Below, one piece after another: positions 1 to 8,905 of a stretch of 64,000 bases of DNA. The stretch covers positions 2,144,001-2,208,000 of the forward strand of contig OY970399.1 of NCBI GenBank assembly GCA_963720545.1. The letters run 5' to 3'. The stretch is from an uncultured Acidobacteriota bacterium. Its GTDB lineage: Bacteria; Acidobacteriota; Vicinamibacteria; Fen-336. The notes under the pieces were generated by a model. It had not been told where the DNA came from and did no database searches. It saw only the letters and a list, made by a program, of their open reading frames with translations. Made by a program: the position numbers and the translations under genes. Positions within the stretch are counted from its first letter, which is position 1. Every line of letters begins with the position of its first letter.

Positions 1-1
1 G

Positions 2-73
2 CTGACCTGGCCGGCGGCGGCCCTCGCCTTCGAGGAGTGCTATGCCTTCGCGCAAGCGTTACACGCCGGCTAG
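2..73 (+). CDS. 3' end of upstream gene, probably a GT4 glycosyltransferase (partial)
   Basis: Frame reads LTWPAAALAFEECYAFAQALHAG*, resembling the (F/L)TW..AA...Y C-terminal helix of GT4 enzymes; overlaps the next gene. Confidence 0.5.
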   Translation: MTWPAAALAFEECYAFAQALHAG

Positions 74-1265
74 GGGCGCGCAGAACCGCATCGTCGATCC
101 GCTCGAGCGCGCCGCGGTGTGGGCTGCCGGCCTGCCGCTGCGCGCCGCTGCGCTCGCGGCACCCCGACCCGAACCGCTCCCCTTCGCGCCCGCCGCGCTG
201 CGCGAGGTGCTGGTGCTGCGGCTCGACCGCATCGGTGACGTCACCATGACGCTGCCGGCGCTTTCCGACCTGCGCGCAGCCCTGCCCGGCGCGCGCATCC
301 GCCTCGCCGTCGGCGAGTGGAGCGCCGAGATCGCGCGGCGCGCGCCGGTGGACGAGCTGCTGCTGTGGAACGCGCCGTGGGTCGGGCGTGGCGGCGAACG
401 CACCCTCTCGTGGCGGCAGACCGTGATGCGCGCCAGGGCACTGCGCGGCAGCGTCGACCTCGCCCTCGACTTGTCCTGCGATCCGCGCGCCAACTACCTG
501 CTGCGCGCCACCGGTGCGCCGCGCCGCGTCGGCTACGCCAACAGCGGTTTCGGCTCTGCGCTCACCCACATCCTGCCGCTCGACGAAACCGTCTCGTGGG
601 CCGAGGAATCGCGGCGCGCGGTCGCCGCCATCACCGGCAAGGCGGGCAGCGGCGCCTGGCCGCCGCTCGCGTCGCAGGAAGAAATGGCGGCGGCGCGCGC
701 GCGCCTCGCCGCGGCGGGCTTGGTACCTGGAAAGCCGATCGTCGCCTTGCACCCGAGCGGCGGGCGTTCGATCAAGCAGTGGGCGCTCGACAACTGGAGT
801 GCCGTCGCGCGGCGGCTCGCGCAGGAGCACGGCGCGCGGTTCGTCCTCACCGGTTCGTCGGGCGACACCGGCCTCACGGCGCCCCTCGCCGCGGCGCTCG
901 GCGCGGCTGCATGGGACGCCGCCGGCACCCTCACGCTCGCCGAGACTTTGGCGGTGCTGGCGGTCGTGGATCTGGTGCTCTCTCCCGACACCGGCCCGAT
1001 GCACCTCGCCTGTGCGCTCGACACGCCGTCGGTGAGCGTTTTCGGGCCATCCGACCCGCGCCGCTACTTCGCGGGCGGCAGCGGCGCCGCGGGCACGCGC
1101 CATGTTGTCGTCAGCGCTGCGTTGTGGTGCGCGCCGTGCAACCAGATCCGCCGGCCGCCGGCCGAGTGTCTTGCGCCACCGCAGCCGGAGTGCCTGCAGC
1201 TGGTGAGTGTCGACGCCGTCTACAATGCGGCTTCCCGCCTGCTGGCGCCGGCGGCTTTTCCTTAA
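42..1265 (+). CDS. GT9 family (heptosyltransferase-like) glycosyltransferase
   Basis: RLDRIGDVTMTLPAL, LHPSG...KQW and SPDTGPMHLA...FGPS motifs; C-terminal CAPC..C..C. Confidence 0.9.
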   Translation: MPSRKRYTPARGAQNRIVDPLERAAVWAAGLPLRAAALAAPRPEPLPFAPAALREVLVLRLDRIGDVTMTLPALSDLRAALPGARIRLAVGEWSAEIARRAPVDELLLWNAPWVGRGGERTLSWRQTVMRARALRGSVDLALDLSCDPRANYLLRATGAPRRVGYANSGFGSALTHILPLDETVSWAEESRRAVAAITGKAGSGAWPPLASQEEMAAARARLAAAGLVPGKPIVALHPSGGRSIKQWALDNWSAVARRLAQEHGARFVLTGSSGDTGLTAPLAAALGAAAWDAAGTLTLAETLAVLAVVDLVLSPDTGPMHLACALDTPSVSVFGPSDPRRYFAGGSGAAGTRHVVVSAALWCAPCNQIRRPPAECLAPPQPECLQLVSVDAVYNAASRLLAPAAFP

Positions 1266-1274
1266 GACCAGGCC

Positions 1275-3200
1275 GTGACCACACTGATCTTCGTCAGGGA
1301 CGTGCTGCCAGCGCCTGCCGCGGGAACGCGCATCGCTGTCCTCGACCCGTCCCTTGCCGTAGAGGCGCGCGGCGACGCGTTTTCGGTCCCCGAGAGCCTG
1401 CTGCAGGACGCCGATGCCATCGAGGAAGCGGCCGAAGCGTGGACCAAGGACTTCGGCCGGCGCGCGCAGGTCGACGGCGCGCCGCTCAAGGGCCTGCTGC
1501 GCGTCAAGGGCGTGCCGCTCTGGTATTTCGCCGAGCTCTACCTGCACCACTCGACGGACGCGACGCGCCACGTGCGCGTTCTGGAACTGTTCGCGCGCAC
1601 GCTGGAGCGCGAGCGGCCGGACGAAGTGCGCGCCGCCGGGCTTGCGGGCGACGAGGCCCTGCTGCTGCAGCGGCTCTGTGAGGCGCAGCGCATCGCCTTC
1701 AAGGGAGCGCTGCCACCGCGCGTGCCGCGGCCTGCGAAGGCAGCGCGCGCGAGCCGCTGGAACAACGCCAAGACGACGCTGTCGGCGTGGAAGCACGCCG
1801 CCGCCGGCGGCATCCCGGCACGCAGCGCGGCGCCCGGCCGCCGGCCGGTGTTGTTCCTCTCGCACGCCGCTTTCTGGCAGAGCGACGATCCCGCGAACCC
1901 GGGCACCGCCAGCGAGCACTACTTCGGCCCGCTCATTCCCGCGCTGCGTGCCGATCCGCAGCTCGAGTGCGTGGTGGTCGCGGTCGGGCCGCAGGAAGCG
2001 CACCGCAAGCGCGGGCTGCGCCACCGCCTGGGCGACTGGATCCGCCCCAATCGCGCCCGGGCCGACTACGTGCCGGTGAACCGTTTCACCACGCGGCGCG
2101 TGGCGCGCGCCACTGCACGAGCGAGTCGCGAGATCCGCCACGCCTGGCGGCGGCTGCGCAAGGATCCGTCGCTGCACGAGGCCTTCAGCCACCGCGAGGT
2201 GCGCTTTTCGGACCTGTGCGCCGAGGACCTCGCCGCGACCATGCTGCTGCAGCTGCCGTGGGCGGTGCGCTCGATGGAGGAGACGGCGGAGATCCTCGAA
2301 TGGGCGAAGCCCGCGGCGCTCGTGCTGTACGCCGAGTCGAGCGGCTGGGGCCGCGCGGCGCTCGCGGCGGCGCGCGCCGCGGCGGTGCAAAGCGTCGCAA
2401 TCCAGCACGGCATCCTCTACCCGCACTACTTTTCCTACCGGCACGAGGCGGACGAAGCCGAGTGCCCCATCCCCGACGTCACCGCAGTGTTCGGCGAGGA
2501 AGCGAAGCGCCTGCTGGTGACGATGGGCCGTTATCCGCCGGAGCGCCTGGTGGTGACCGGCAGCCCGAAGTTCGACGCGCTCCTGGAACGCGCGCGCCGC
2601 CTCAAGGCGACCCTCATCCGCGAGCGCTTCGGCATCGACGACGGCGACGCGCTGCTGACGGTGGCAAGCCGCTTCCGCCCGATCCGCGACACCCACCAGG
2701 CGCTCGGCTCGGCCTTCGCGCGGCTGGTGCGCGCGGTCGAGTCGATGCAGGGCGTGGCGGCGCTCGTGAAGCCGCACCCCGCCGAACCCGACGAGCCCTA
2801 CGAGACGGTGCTGAAGCAGCTGGGCGCGCGCCACGTGGACGTCGTCACCGCCAGGGAAAATCTCGGCGAGCTGCTGGTCGCGAGCGATGCGCTGGTGACG
2901 GTCGAATCGCTGGCGGCGATCGAGGCGCTGGTGGTGCGCCGGCCCGTCATCGTCCTCAACATGCCGACCAACCTGCGCGCGCTGGTGCAATCGGGCGCGG
3001 CCCTGGGGGTGAACGCGGGCGAGGACCCGAGGCCGGCGCTCGAGAAGGTGCTGTTCGATTCCGACACCCGCGCGCACCTCGACATCGCCCGCCGGCGCTA
3101 CCTCGAAGAGGTGGCTTGCGGGGTGGACGGCAAGGCCACGGAGAGGCTCCTGGAGCTGATCCGCAAGACGGCTATAAGCCCTTCCGTGATACCGTCTTAG
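1275..3200 (+). CDS. GT-B fold surface-carbohydrate protein, candidate nonulosonic acid transferase
   Basis: 641 aa; IQHG, VTGSPKFD, VKPHP and S..AIEAL...PVI motifs; directly upstream of neuB genes. Confidence 0.6.
   Translation: MTTLIFVRDVLPAPAAGTRIAVLDPSLAVEARGDAFSVPESLLQDADAIEEAAEAWTKDFGRRAQVDGAPLKGLLRVKGVPLWYFAELYLHHSTDATRHVRVLELFARTLERERPDEVRAAGLAGDEALLLQRLCEAQRIAFKGALPPRVPRPAKAARASRWNNAKTTLSAWKHAAAGGIPARSAAPGRRPVLFLSHAAFWQSDDPANPGTASEHYFGPLIPALRADPQLECVVVAVGPQEAHRKRGLRHRLGDWIRPNRARADYVPVNRFTTRRVARATARASREIRHAWRRLRKDPSLHEAFSHREVRFSDLCAEDLAATMLLQLPWAVRSMEETAEILEWAKPAALVLYAESSGWGRAALAAARAAAVQSVAIQHGILYPHYFSYRHEADEAECPIPDVTAVFGEEAKRLLVTMGRYPPERLVVTGSPKFDALLERARRLKATLIRERFGIDDGDALLTVASRFRPIRDTHQALGSAFARLVRAVESMQGVAALVKPHPAEPDEPYETVLKQLGARHVDVVTARENLGELLVASDALVTVESLAAIEALVVRRPVIVLNMPTNLRALVQSGAALGVNAGEDPRPALEKVLFDSDTRAHLDIARRRYLEEVACGVDGKATERLLELIRKTAISPSVIPS
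3187..3195 (+). promoter_or_regulatory. Extended -10 element (TGaTACCGT), probable leaderless promoter of the first neuB
   Basis: TGn-TAnnnT followed by 6 nt then the GTG start at 3202; no clear SD. Confidence 0.45.
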
Positions 3201-3201
3201 G

Positions 3202-4239
3202 GTGATTCCGACCCCCACTGTCGCGGTCGGCGCGAGGCGCCTTGGCGAGGGCCAGCCGTGCTTCGTGCTCGCCGAAGTCGCCTCGGCTCACGGCGGCTCG
3301 GTCGACGCCGCCCTGAAGATGCTGGACGCCGCATTCAAGATGGGCGCCGACGGCATCAAGTTCCAGGTGTTCCGCTCGGACGACCTCGTGATCCATCGCC
3401 ATCCGGGCCGCAAGGACTTCGACACCATCGAACTGGCAGCGAAGGAATGGAAGAAGGTGCTGCGCCAGGCGAAGGCCTCCGGGCTGACCCTGTTCGTCGA
3501 GGCGTTCGACAAGCCGTCGTTGCTGCTGGCAGCCGAAGAAGGCGCCGAGGCCTACAAGATCCACACCACCGACATGGAGAACCCCGACTTCATCCGCGCG
3601 GTCGGCGAAGCCGGCCAGCCGGTGTTCTTCGCCACGGGCGGCGTGGCCGAAGAGGTGGTGCGCGAGGCGCTGGCGCTCGCCGGTGCCGTGCCCGGCGGGC
3701 TGCTGCATGGCTTCCAGACGTTTCCGACGCCGATCGAGGAGATCCGCTACCGCGAGCTCGCCGCGATGCGCGAGCGCTACCGCGTGCCGGTCGGCTTCCT
3801 CGACCACACCGATGGCGGCAGCGCCTTCGCGCTGGTGGCGCCGGCGCTCGCGGTTTCCTACGGAGCGGACCTCGTCGAGAAGCACTTCACGCTCGACCGC
3901 TCGGAGAAGGGCTTCGACTACCAGTCGTCGTTGAACCCCGAGGATTTCTACCGCATGGTCGAGCTGCTGCGCCAGGCCGAACGCGCGCGCGGCGACGACC
4001 AGCCGGCCGGCGGCAGCGAAGACGCGCGCCGCTACCACCGCATGATGGCGCGCTTCGTGGTGGCGAAGGGCCTGATCCCGCGGGGCAAGGTGCTGACCGG
4101 CGAGATGCTCGCCTTCAAGCGCACCGACGTGCGCTTCGAGCCCGGCTTCGCGCCGCGCGAGTCCGACCGCATCATCGGCCGCCGCGCCACGCGGCCCATC
4201 CAGGCCGACGAGACGATCCTCGAGGAAATGCTCGAATGA
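3202..4239 (+). CDS. NeuB/SpsE-family nonulosonate synthase, divergent copy
   Basis: AEV..AHGG, GADGIKFQ, LDHT, EKHFTLDR and a C-terminal SAF/AFL domain; several canonical residues replaced. Confidence 0.85.
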   Translation: MIPTPTVAVGARRLGEGQPCFVLAEVASAHGGSVDAALKMLDAAFKMGADGIKFQVFRSDDLVIHRHPGRKDFDTIELAAKEWKKVLRQAKASGLTLFVEAFDKPSLLLAAEEGAEAYKIHTTDMENPDFIRAVGEAGQPVFFATGGVAEEVVREALALAGAVPGGLLHGFQTFPTPIEEIRYRELAAMRERYRVPVGFLDHTDGGSAFALVAPALAVSYGADLVEKHFTLDRSEKGFDYQSSLNPEDFYRMVELLRQAERARGDDQPAGGSEDARRYHRMMARFVVAKGLIPRGKVLTGEMLAFKRTDVRFEPGFAPRESDRIIGRRATRPIQADETILEEMLE

Positions 4240-5045
4240 GCAGCACCTTCGGCTTCGACGAGCCGCGGGTCGTGGCGATCGTCACCGCGCGCATGGCGAG
4301 CGCGCGCTTCCCGGGCAAGGCGCTCGTGGACCTCGGCGGGCGGCCGCTGCTCGAAGTGCTGCTGACGCGCATCGCGTCCCTGCCCTGTCTCGACAGCGTG
4401 GCGCTCGCCACCTCGACGAACGCCGAGAACACCGTGCTCGTGGACATCGCGCGCCGCCTCGGCGTGCCGGCATTCCAGGGCGACGAGGACGACGTGCTGC
4501 GCCGCACCATCGACTGCGCGCACCACATGCGCGCCGACCACGTGGTGCGGGTGACGGGCGACAACCCGTTGACCGACCTCGGCACTGTCGACCAGCTGGT
4601 GGCGATGCACCTGCGCAGCGGCTCGGAATACACCTACGTGCCCGGCCCGGCGCTGCTCATGGGCATCCTGCCGGAGGTCATCGCCACCTCGGCGCTCGAG
4701 CGCTCGTGGGAGCGCGGCGACGCGCGCCACCGCTCGGAACTCGTCACGCTCTACATCAAGGAGCATCCCGCCGAATTCCGCATCCGCACCGCCGAGCTGG
4801 CGCCGGAACTCAACAAGCCGCACCTGCGGCTCACCGTGGACGAGGCCGCGGACGTCAGCCTGATGCAGGAGGTGTTCCGGCGGCTTGCGGCTCCCGGCAA
4901 GCACCTCGAGACCCGCGACGCCGTGGCGCTGCTGGAGGCGGACAAGGAGCTCGCGAAGACCAACATCGCGCTGCGCCACAAGTCGGCGAACCTGCGCTCG
5001 GTGAGCCTCGACGAGCAGGTGGTTTCCCCGGGCCGGAAGGGCTAG
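4236..5045 (+). CDS. SpsF-like cytidylyltransferase
   Basis: ATGA overlap; ARMASARFPGK, GDEDDVL.R, RVTGDNP and RLTVD motifs. Confidence 0.85.
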   Translation: MSSTFGFDEPRVVAIVTARMASARFPGKALVDLGGRPLLEVLLTRIASLPCLDSVALATSTNAENTVLVDIARRLGVPAFQGDEDDVLRRTIDCAHHMRADHVVRVTGDNPLTDLGTVDQLVAMHLRSGSEYTYVPGPALLMGILPEVIATSALERSWERGDARHRSELVTLYIKEHPAEFRIRTAELAPELNKPHLRLTVDEAADVSLMQEVFRRLAAPGKHLETRDAVALLEADKELAKTNIALRHKSANLRSVSLDEQVVSPGRKG

Positions 5046-5054
5046 GGCGCTTCG

Positions 5055-6107
5055 GTGCAGCGCAGGTTCGAGGTCGCGGGGCGCAGGGTCGGCCAGGGCG
5101 AGCCTTGCTATGTGGTCGCCGAGGCCGGCGTCAACCACAACTGCGACGTGGCGCTCGGCAGGCAGCTCATCGAGACGGCGCATGCCGCGGGCGCCGACGC
5201 CATCAAGTTCCAGAGCTACACCGCGTCGAAGATCGCGACCCGCGTCGCCCCGCGCTACTGGGTGGAGCCGGACGACCCGCAGGGCACGCAGTGGGACACG
5301 TTCGACAAGCTCGACAAACTCTCCGACGCGGATTTCGCCGCGCTGCTGGCGCACGCGCGCGCCACCGGCATCGTCGCCTTCTCGGCGCCTTTCGACGACG
5401 ACGCCGTCGATCGTCTCGCGGCGCTGGAGGTACCAGCGTTCAAGATCGCCTCCGCCGACCTGACAGCGCACCCGCTCATCGAGCGCGCCGCGCGCGTGGG
5501 CCGTCCCATGATCCTCTCGACCGGCACCAGCACGCTCGCCGAAGTGGAGGAGGCGCTCGAGGTGTGCCGCCGCGCCGGCAACGAACGCGTGCTGCTGCTG
5601 CACTGCACGCTGCGCTATCCGTGCCCGCCCGAAGGCATCAACCTGCGCATGATGGAGCACCTGATGCGCGCCTTTCCCGAGGTGCCGGTGGGGCTCTCCG
5701 ACCACTCGCTTGGCATCAGCGTGCCGCAGGCGGCAGTGGCGCTCGGCGCCTGCATGGTGGAAAAGCACTACACCGTGGACAAGAAGCTGCCCGGCTCGCC
5801 CGACCACCACTTGTCGGTGGACCCGCCCGAACTGCGCGCCATGGTGGACGGCATCCGCACGGTCGAGAAGGCGCTCGGCAAGAGCGTCAAGGGGCTCGAA
5901 CCGCTCGAGCAGGAAGCGTTCCTCTACGCGCGCCGCAGCGTCACCAGCGCGGTCGCGATCGCGAAGGGCGCCACCATCACGCGCGCCATGCTCACCTACA
6001 AGCGGCCCGGCACCGGCATCAGCCCGCGCTTCTTCGACCTGGTCGCGGGCCGCACGGCGCGCGTCGACATCCCGGAAGACACCACCCTCACCTGGGACAT
6101 GGTGTGA
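5055..6107 (+). CDS. neuB: NeuB/PseI/LegI-family nonulosonate synthase, canonical copy
   Basis: AEAGVNHN, IKFQ, KIAS, STG, HC...YP, GLSDH, EKH, PDH and KRPG motifs. Confidence 0.9.
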   Translation: MQRRFEVAGRRVGQGEPCYVVAEAGVNHNCDVALGRQLIETAHAAGADAIKFQSYTASKIATRVAPRYWVEPDDPQGTQWDTFDKLDKLSDADFAALLAHARATGIVAFSAPFDDDAVDRLAALEVPAFKIASADLTAHPLIERAARVGRPMILSTGTSTLAEVEEALEVCRRAGNERVLLLHCTLRYPCPPEGINLRMMEHLMRAFPEVPVGLSDHSLGISVPQAAVALGACMVEKHYTVDKKLPGSPDHHLSVDPPELRAMVDGIRTVEKALGKSVKGLEPLEQEAFLYARRSVTSAVAIAKGATITRAMLTYKRPGTGISPRFFDLVAGRTARVDIPEDTTLTWDMV

Positions 6108-7798
6108 GCGGCGGCGCCCGGGTGCTGGCGCTGGTCCCCGCTCGCGGCGGCAGCGATCCGGTGCCGTTCCTCAACATCAAGCGCCTCGGCGACGCGCCGC
6201 TGCTGGCGCACACGCTGCGCGCCGCCCGCGGCGCGAGCCTCGTCGACCAGGTGGTGGTCTCGACCGACGACGAGTCGATTGCCGACATCGCCCGCAGCCA
6301 CGGTGCGCTGGTGCCGTTCCTGCGGCCGAAGGAGCTGGCCGGCAACATCCCGAGCCTGCGCCCGGTCATCGAGCACGCGGTGGCGGCGCTCGAGCAGCAG
6401 GGCGAGCGCTACGACGTGATCGTGGTGTTGCAGGCGACCACGCCGTTTCGCACCGCGGCCACGATCGACGCCGCCATCACCCGGCTCTTGGCGAGCGACG
6501 GGCAGTTCGACAGCGTGGTGTCGGTGAGCGAGGACCGCACCCTCAAATGGCGGGCCGCGGACGGCCTGCTGCGGCCGCTGTTCGAGCGCGAGGGCCGCCG
6601 CGACCAGCAGGAGCCGATCTACCGTGAGAACGGCGCGGTGGTGGCACTGCGCCGCGGGGTGCTGCGCGGCGCGAGCCGCTTCGGCGAGCGCGTCGCCTAC
6701 CTGGTGCTCGACAAGCGCGAGAGCTTCACCGTGCACGACCTCGAGGACTTCTGGATGGCGGAGCGGCTGCTGCGCCATCCGCGCATCCTGTTCCGCGTCG
6801 ACGGCGGCGGTGACATGGGCATGGGCCACGTGTACCGCTCGCTGGCGGTCGCCGACGCGCTGCGCGCGACTTCGCGGGCCGAGGTGGCGTTCCTGATGCA
6901 GGCCGAGCCGGCCGAGGGGCTCGCTGTGGTTTCGGCCGCGGGCTACGACGTGCGGCTGGTGGAGAAGCGCCGCGACCGCTGGCTCGACGCCATCGGCGAC
7001 TTCGCCCCCGACGTGCTGGTCAACGACCTGCCGCGCCTCGACGACGACTACCTGGCGGCGCTCTCGCACATCGGCGCCACCACCGTGAACCTGGTGGACA
7101 CGCTCGACGACCTGGAGAAGACCGAGGCCTACGCGCAGCTCATCGTCTCGGTGATGCACGAGGAGCGCGAGACGCCAGAAGGCTTCTACGGCGGGCCGGC
7201 GTTCGCGATCCTGCGCTCGCACTTCCAGGGCCGCGCCAAGGAAGTGCGCGAGCGGCCGCGGCTGGTGCTGCTGAGCTTCGGCGGCAGCGACCCGCAGGGC
7301 TACACGGTGAAGGCGGCGCGCGCGCTGCAGGGGCTGCCGCAGGACGTCGAGGTGATCGCCGTGGCCGGGCCGGCCTTCTCGCATCACGCCGCGTTCGCGG
7401 CGGCCGCGGCGGCGTTCGTGCGCCCGGTGCGGCTCCTCGACTCGCTCGGCGCGCACATCGCCGACCTGATGCAGCAGGCCGACCTGGTGGTGGCTTCGGG
7501 CGGCATGACCGTCTACGAACTGGCGGCGCTCGGGACGCCGAGCCTGGTCCTCGCTCAGAATACGCGCGAGGACAAGCGCATGACGGAGTTCGCACGCCAC
7601 GGGACGGTTTCCTATCTCGGCCTCGGCACCGAAGTGGGCGAAGCGACGATCGCACGCAGCGTGGCGGAGCTGCTCGATAATCTCGAGGAGCGCCGTGCCA
7701 TGAGCCGGCGGGGACAAGCCCTGGTCGATGGTCTCGGCGCCAGCCGCGCAGCGGAGCTGGTGCTGAACCACGGCGGCCGCGGCAAGGCCGAGAGTTAA
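6104..7798 (+). CDS. Fusion of a NeuA/PseF-like cytidylyltransferase domain and a PseG/SpsG-like NDP-sugar hydrolase
   Basis: GTGA overlap; N-terminal PARGGS, VSTDD, PFLRP, LQATTPFR, ENGA; C-terminal RVDGG..GMGHVYR and SFGGSDP. Confidence 0.85.
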   Translation: MSGGARVLALVPARGGSDPVPFLNIKRLGDAPLLAHTLRAARGASLVDQVVVSTDDESIADIARSHGALVPFLRPKELAGNIPSLRPVIEHAVAALEQQGERYDVIVVLQATTPFRTAATIDAAITRLLASDGQFDSVVSVSEDRTLKWRAADGLLRPLFEREGRRDQQEPIYRENGAVVALRRGVLRGASRFGERVAYLVLDKRESFTVHDLEDFWMAERLLRHPRILFRVDGGGDMGMGHVYRSLAVADALRATSRAEVAFLMQAEPAEGLAVVSAAGYDVRLVEKRRDRWLDAIGDFAPDVLVNDLPRLDDDYLAALSHIGATTVNLVDTLDDLEKTEAYAQLIVSVMHEERETPEGFYGGPAFAILRSHFQGRAKEVRERPRLVLLSFGGSDPQGYTVKAARALQGLPQDVEVIAVAGPAFSHHAAFAAAAAAFVRPVRLLDSLGAHIADLMQQADLVVASGGMTVYELAALGTPSLVLAQNTREDKRMTEFARHGTVSYLGLGTEVGEATIARSVAELLDNLEERRAMSRRGQALVDGLGASRAAELVLNHGGRGKAES

Positions 7799-7826
7799 AG
7801 CGAAGCGAAGGAAGCGAGAGAATCGA

Positions 7827-8858
7827 ATGGAAGAGCGACGCCGCGCGCCGGCAATCCCGCAGCTGCACTGGAGCGGAACCAAGAAGGCCCTGATCACCGG
7901 CGGTGCCGGCTTCATCGGCAGCCACCTGGCCGAGGTGCTGCTCGCCCGGGGCGACACCGTCTACGTGGTCGACGACCTCTCGACCGGCTCGGTGGACAAC
8001 ATCGAGCACCTCAAGGGTGACCGCCGCTTCCACTACGTGATCGACACGGTCACCAACGAGAGCGCGCTCGCCGAGCTCATCGACCGCGTCGACGTCGTCT
8101 ATCACCTGGCGGCCGCGGTCGGCGTGAAGCTGATCGTCGAGAGCCCGGTCAACACCATCGAGACCAACGTGCACGGCACCGAGATGGTGCTGAAGATCGC
8201 CAACAAGAAGAAGAAGAAGGTGCTGATCGCGTCCACGTCCGAGGTGTACGGCAAGAGCACCGCGGTGCCGTTCAACGAGGAAGCCGACCTGGTGATGGGC
8301 GCCACCACCAAGGGCCGCTGGAGCTACGCCTGCAGCAAGGCGATCGACGAATTCCTGGCGCTCGCGTACTGGAAGGAAAAGAAGCTGCCGGTGGTGGTGT
8401 TCCGCCTGTTCAACACCGTCGGCCCGCGCCAGACCGGGCGCTACGGCATGGTGGTGCCCAACTTCGTGCGCCAGGCCCTCCTCGGCCAGCCGCTCACCAT
8501 CTTCGGCGACGGCACGCAGAGCCGCTGCTTCACCTACGTGGCCGACGTCGTCAACGTGCTGATGAAGCTCGCCGACCACCCCGACGCGGTGGGCCAGGTG
8601 TTCAACATCGGCAACGACAAGGAAGAGATCTCGATCCTCGACCTCGCGAAGCGCGTCAAGGCGCGCACCAACTCGCCGAGCGCCCTGGTGCAGGTGCCCT
8701 ACGACCAGGCGTACGAGGCGGGCTTCGAGGACATGCAGCGGCGGGTTCCCGACCTCACCCGCATCCGCAACCTGGTGGGCTACGAGCCAAGCATCCACCT
8801 CGACGAGATCATCGACAACGTCGCGGGCTACTTCATGTCGGAGAAAGGGCGGCTCTGA
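7827..8858 (+). CDS. NAD-dependent NDP-sugar epimerase/dehydratase (extended SDR)
   Basis: TGGAGFIGSH, HLAA, ASTSEVYG, YACSK (YxxxK), RLFNTVGPRQ. Confidence 0.92.
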   Translation: MEERRRAPAIPQLHWSGTKKALITGGAGFIGSHLAEVLLARGDTVYVVDDLSTGSVDNIEHLKGDRRFHYVIDTVTNESALAELIDRVDVVYHLAAAVGVKLIVESPVNTIETNVHGTEMVLKIANKKKKKVLIASTSEVYGKSTAVPFNEEADLVMGATTKGRWSYACSKAIDEFLALAYWKEKKLPVVVFRLFNTVGPRQTGRYGMVVPNFVRQALLGQPLTIFGDGTQSRCFTYVADVVNVLMKLADHPDAVGQVFNIGNDKEEISILDLAKRVKARTNSPSALVQVPYDQAYEAGFEDMQRRVPDLTRIRNLVGYEPSIHLDEIIDNVAGYFMSEKGRL

Positions 8859-8905
8859 GCGAGCCTTCTCCAGGGGACGCCGGAGCCACCGCCGCGGCCC
8901 CTTCG

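Noticed and set aside
8205..8220. (AAG)n run in the epimerase gene
   Set aside because: Encodes NKKKKK in frame; ordinary lysine run
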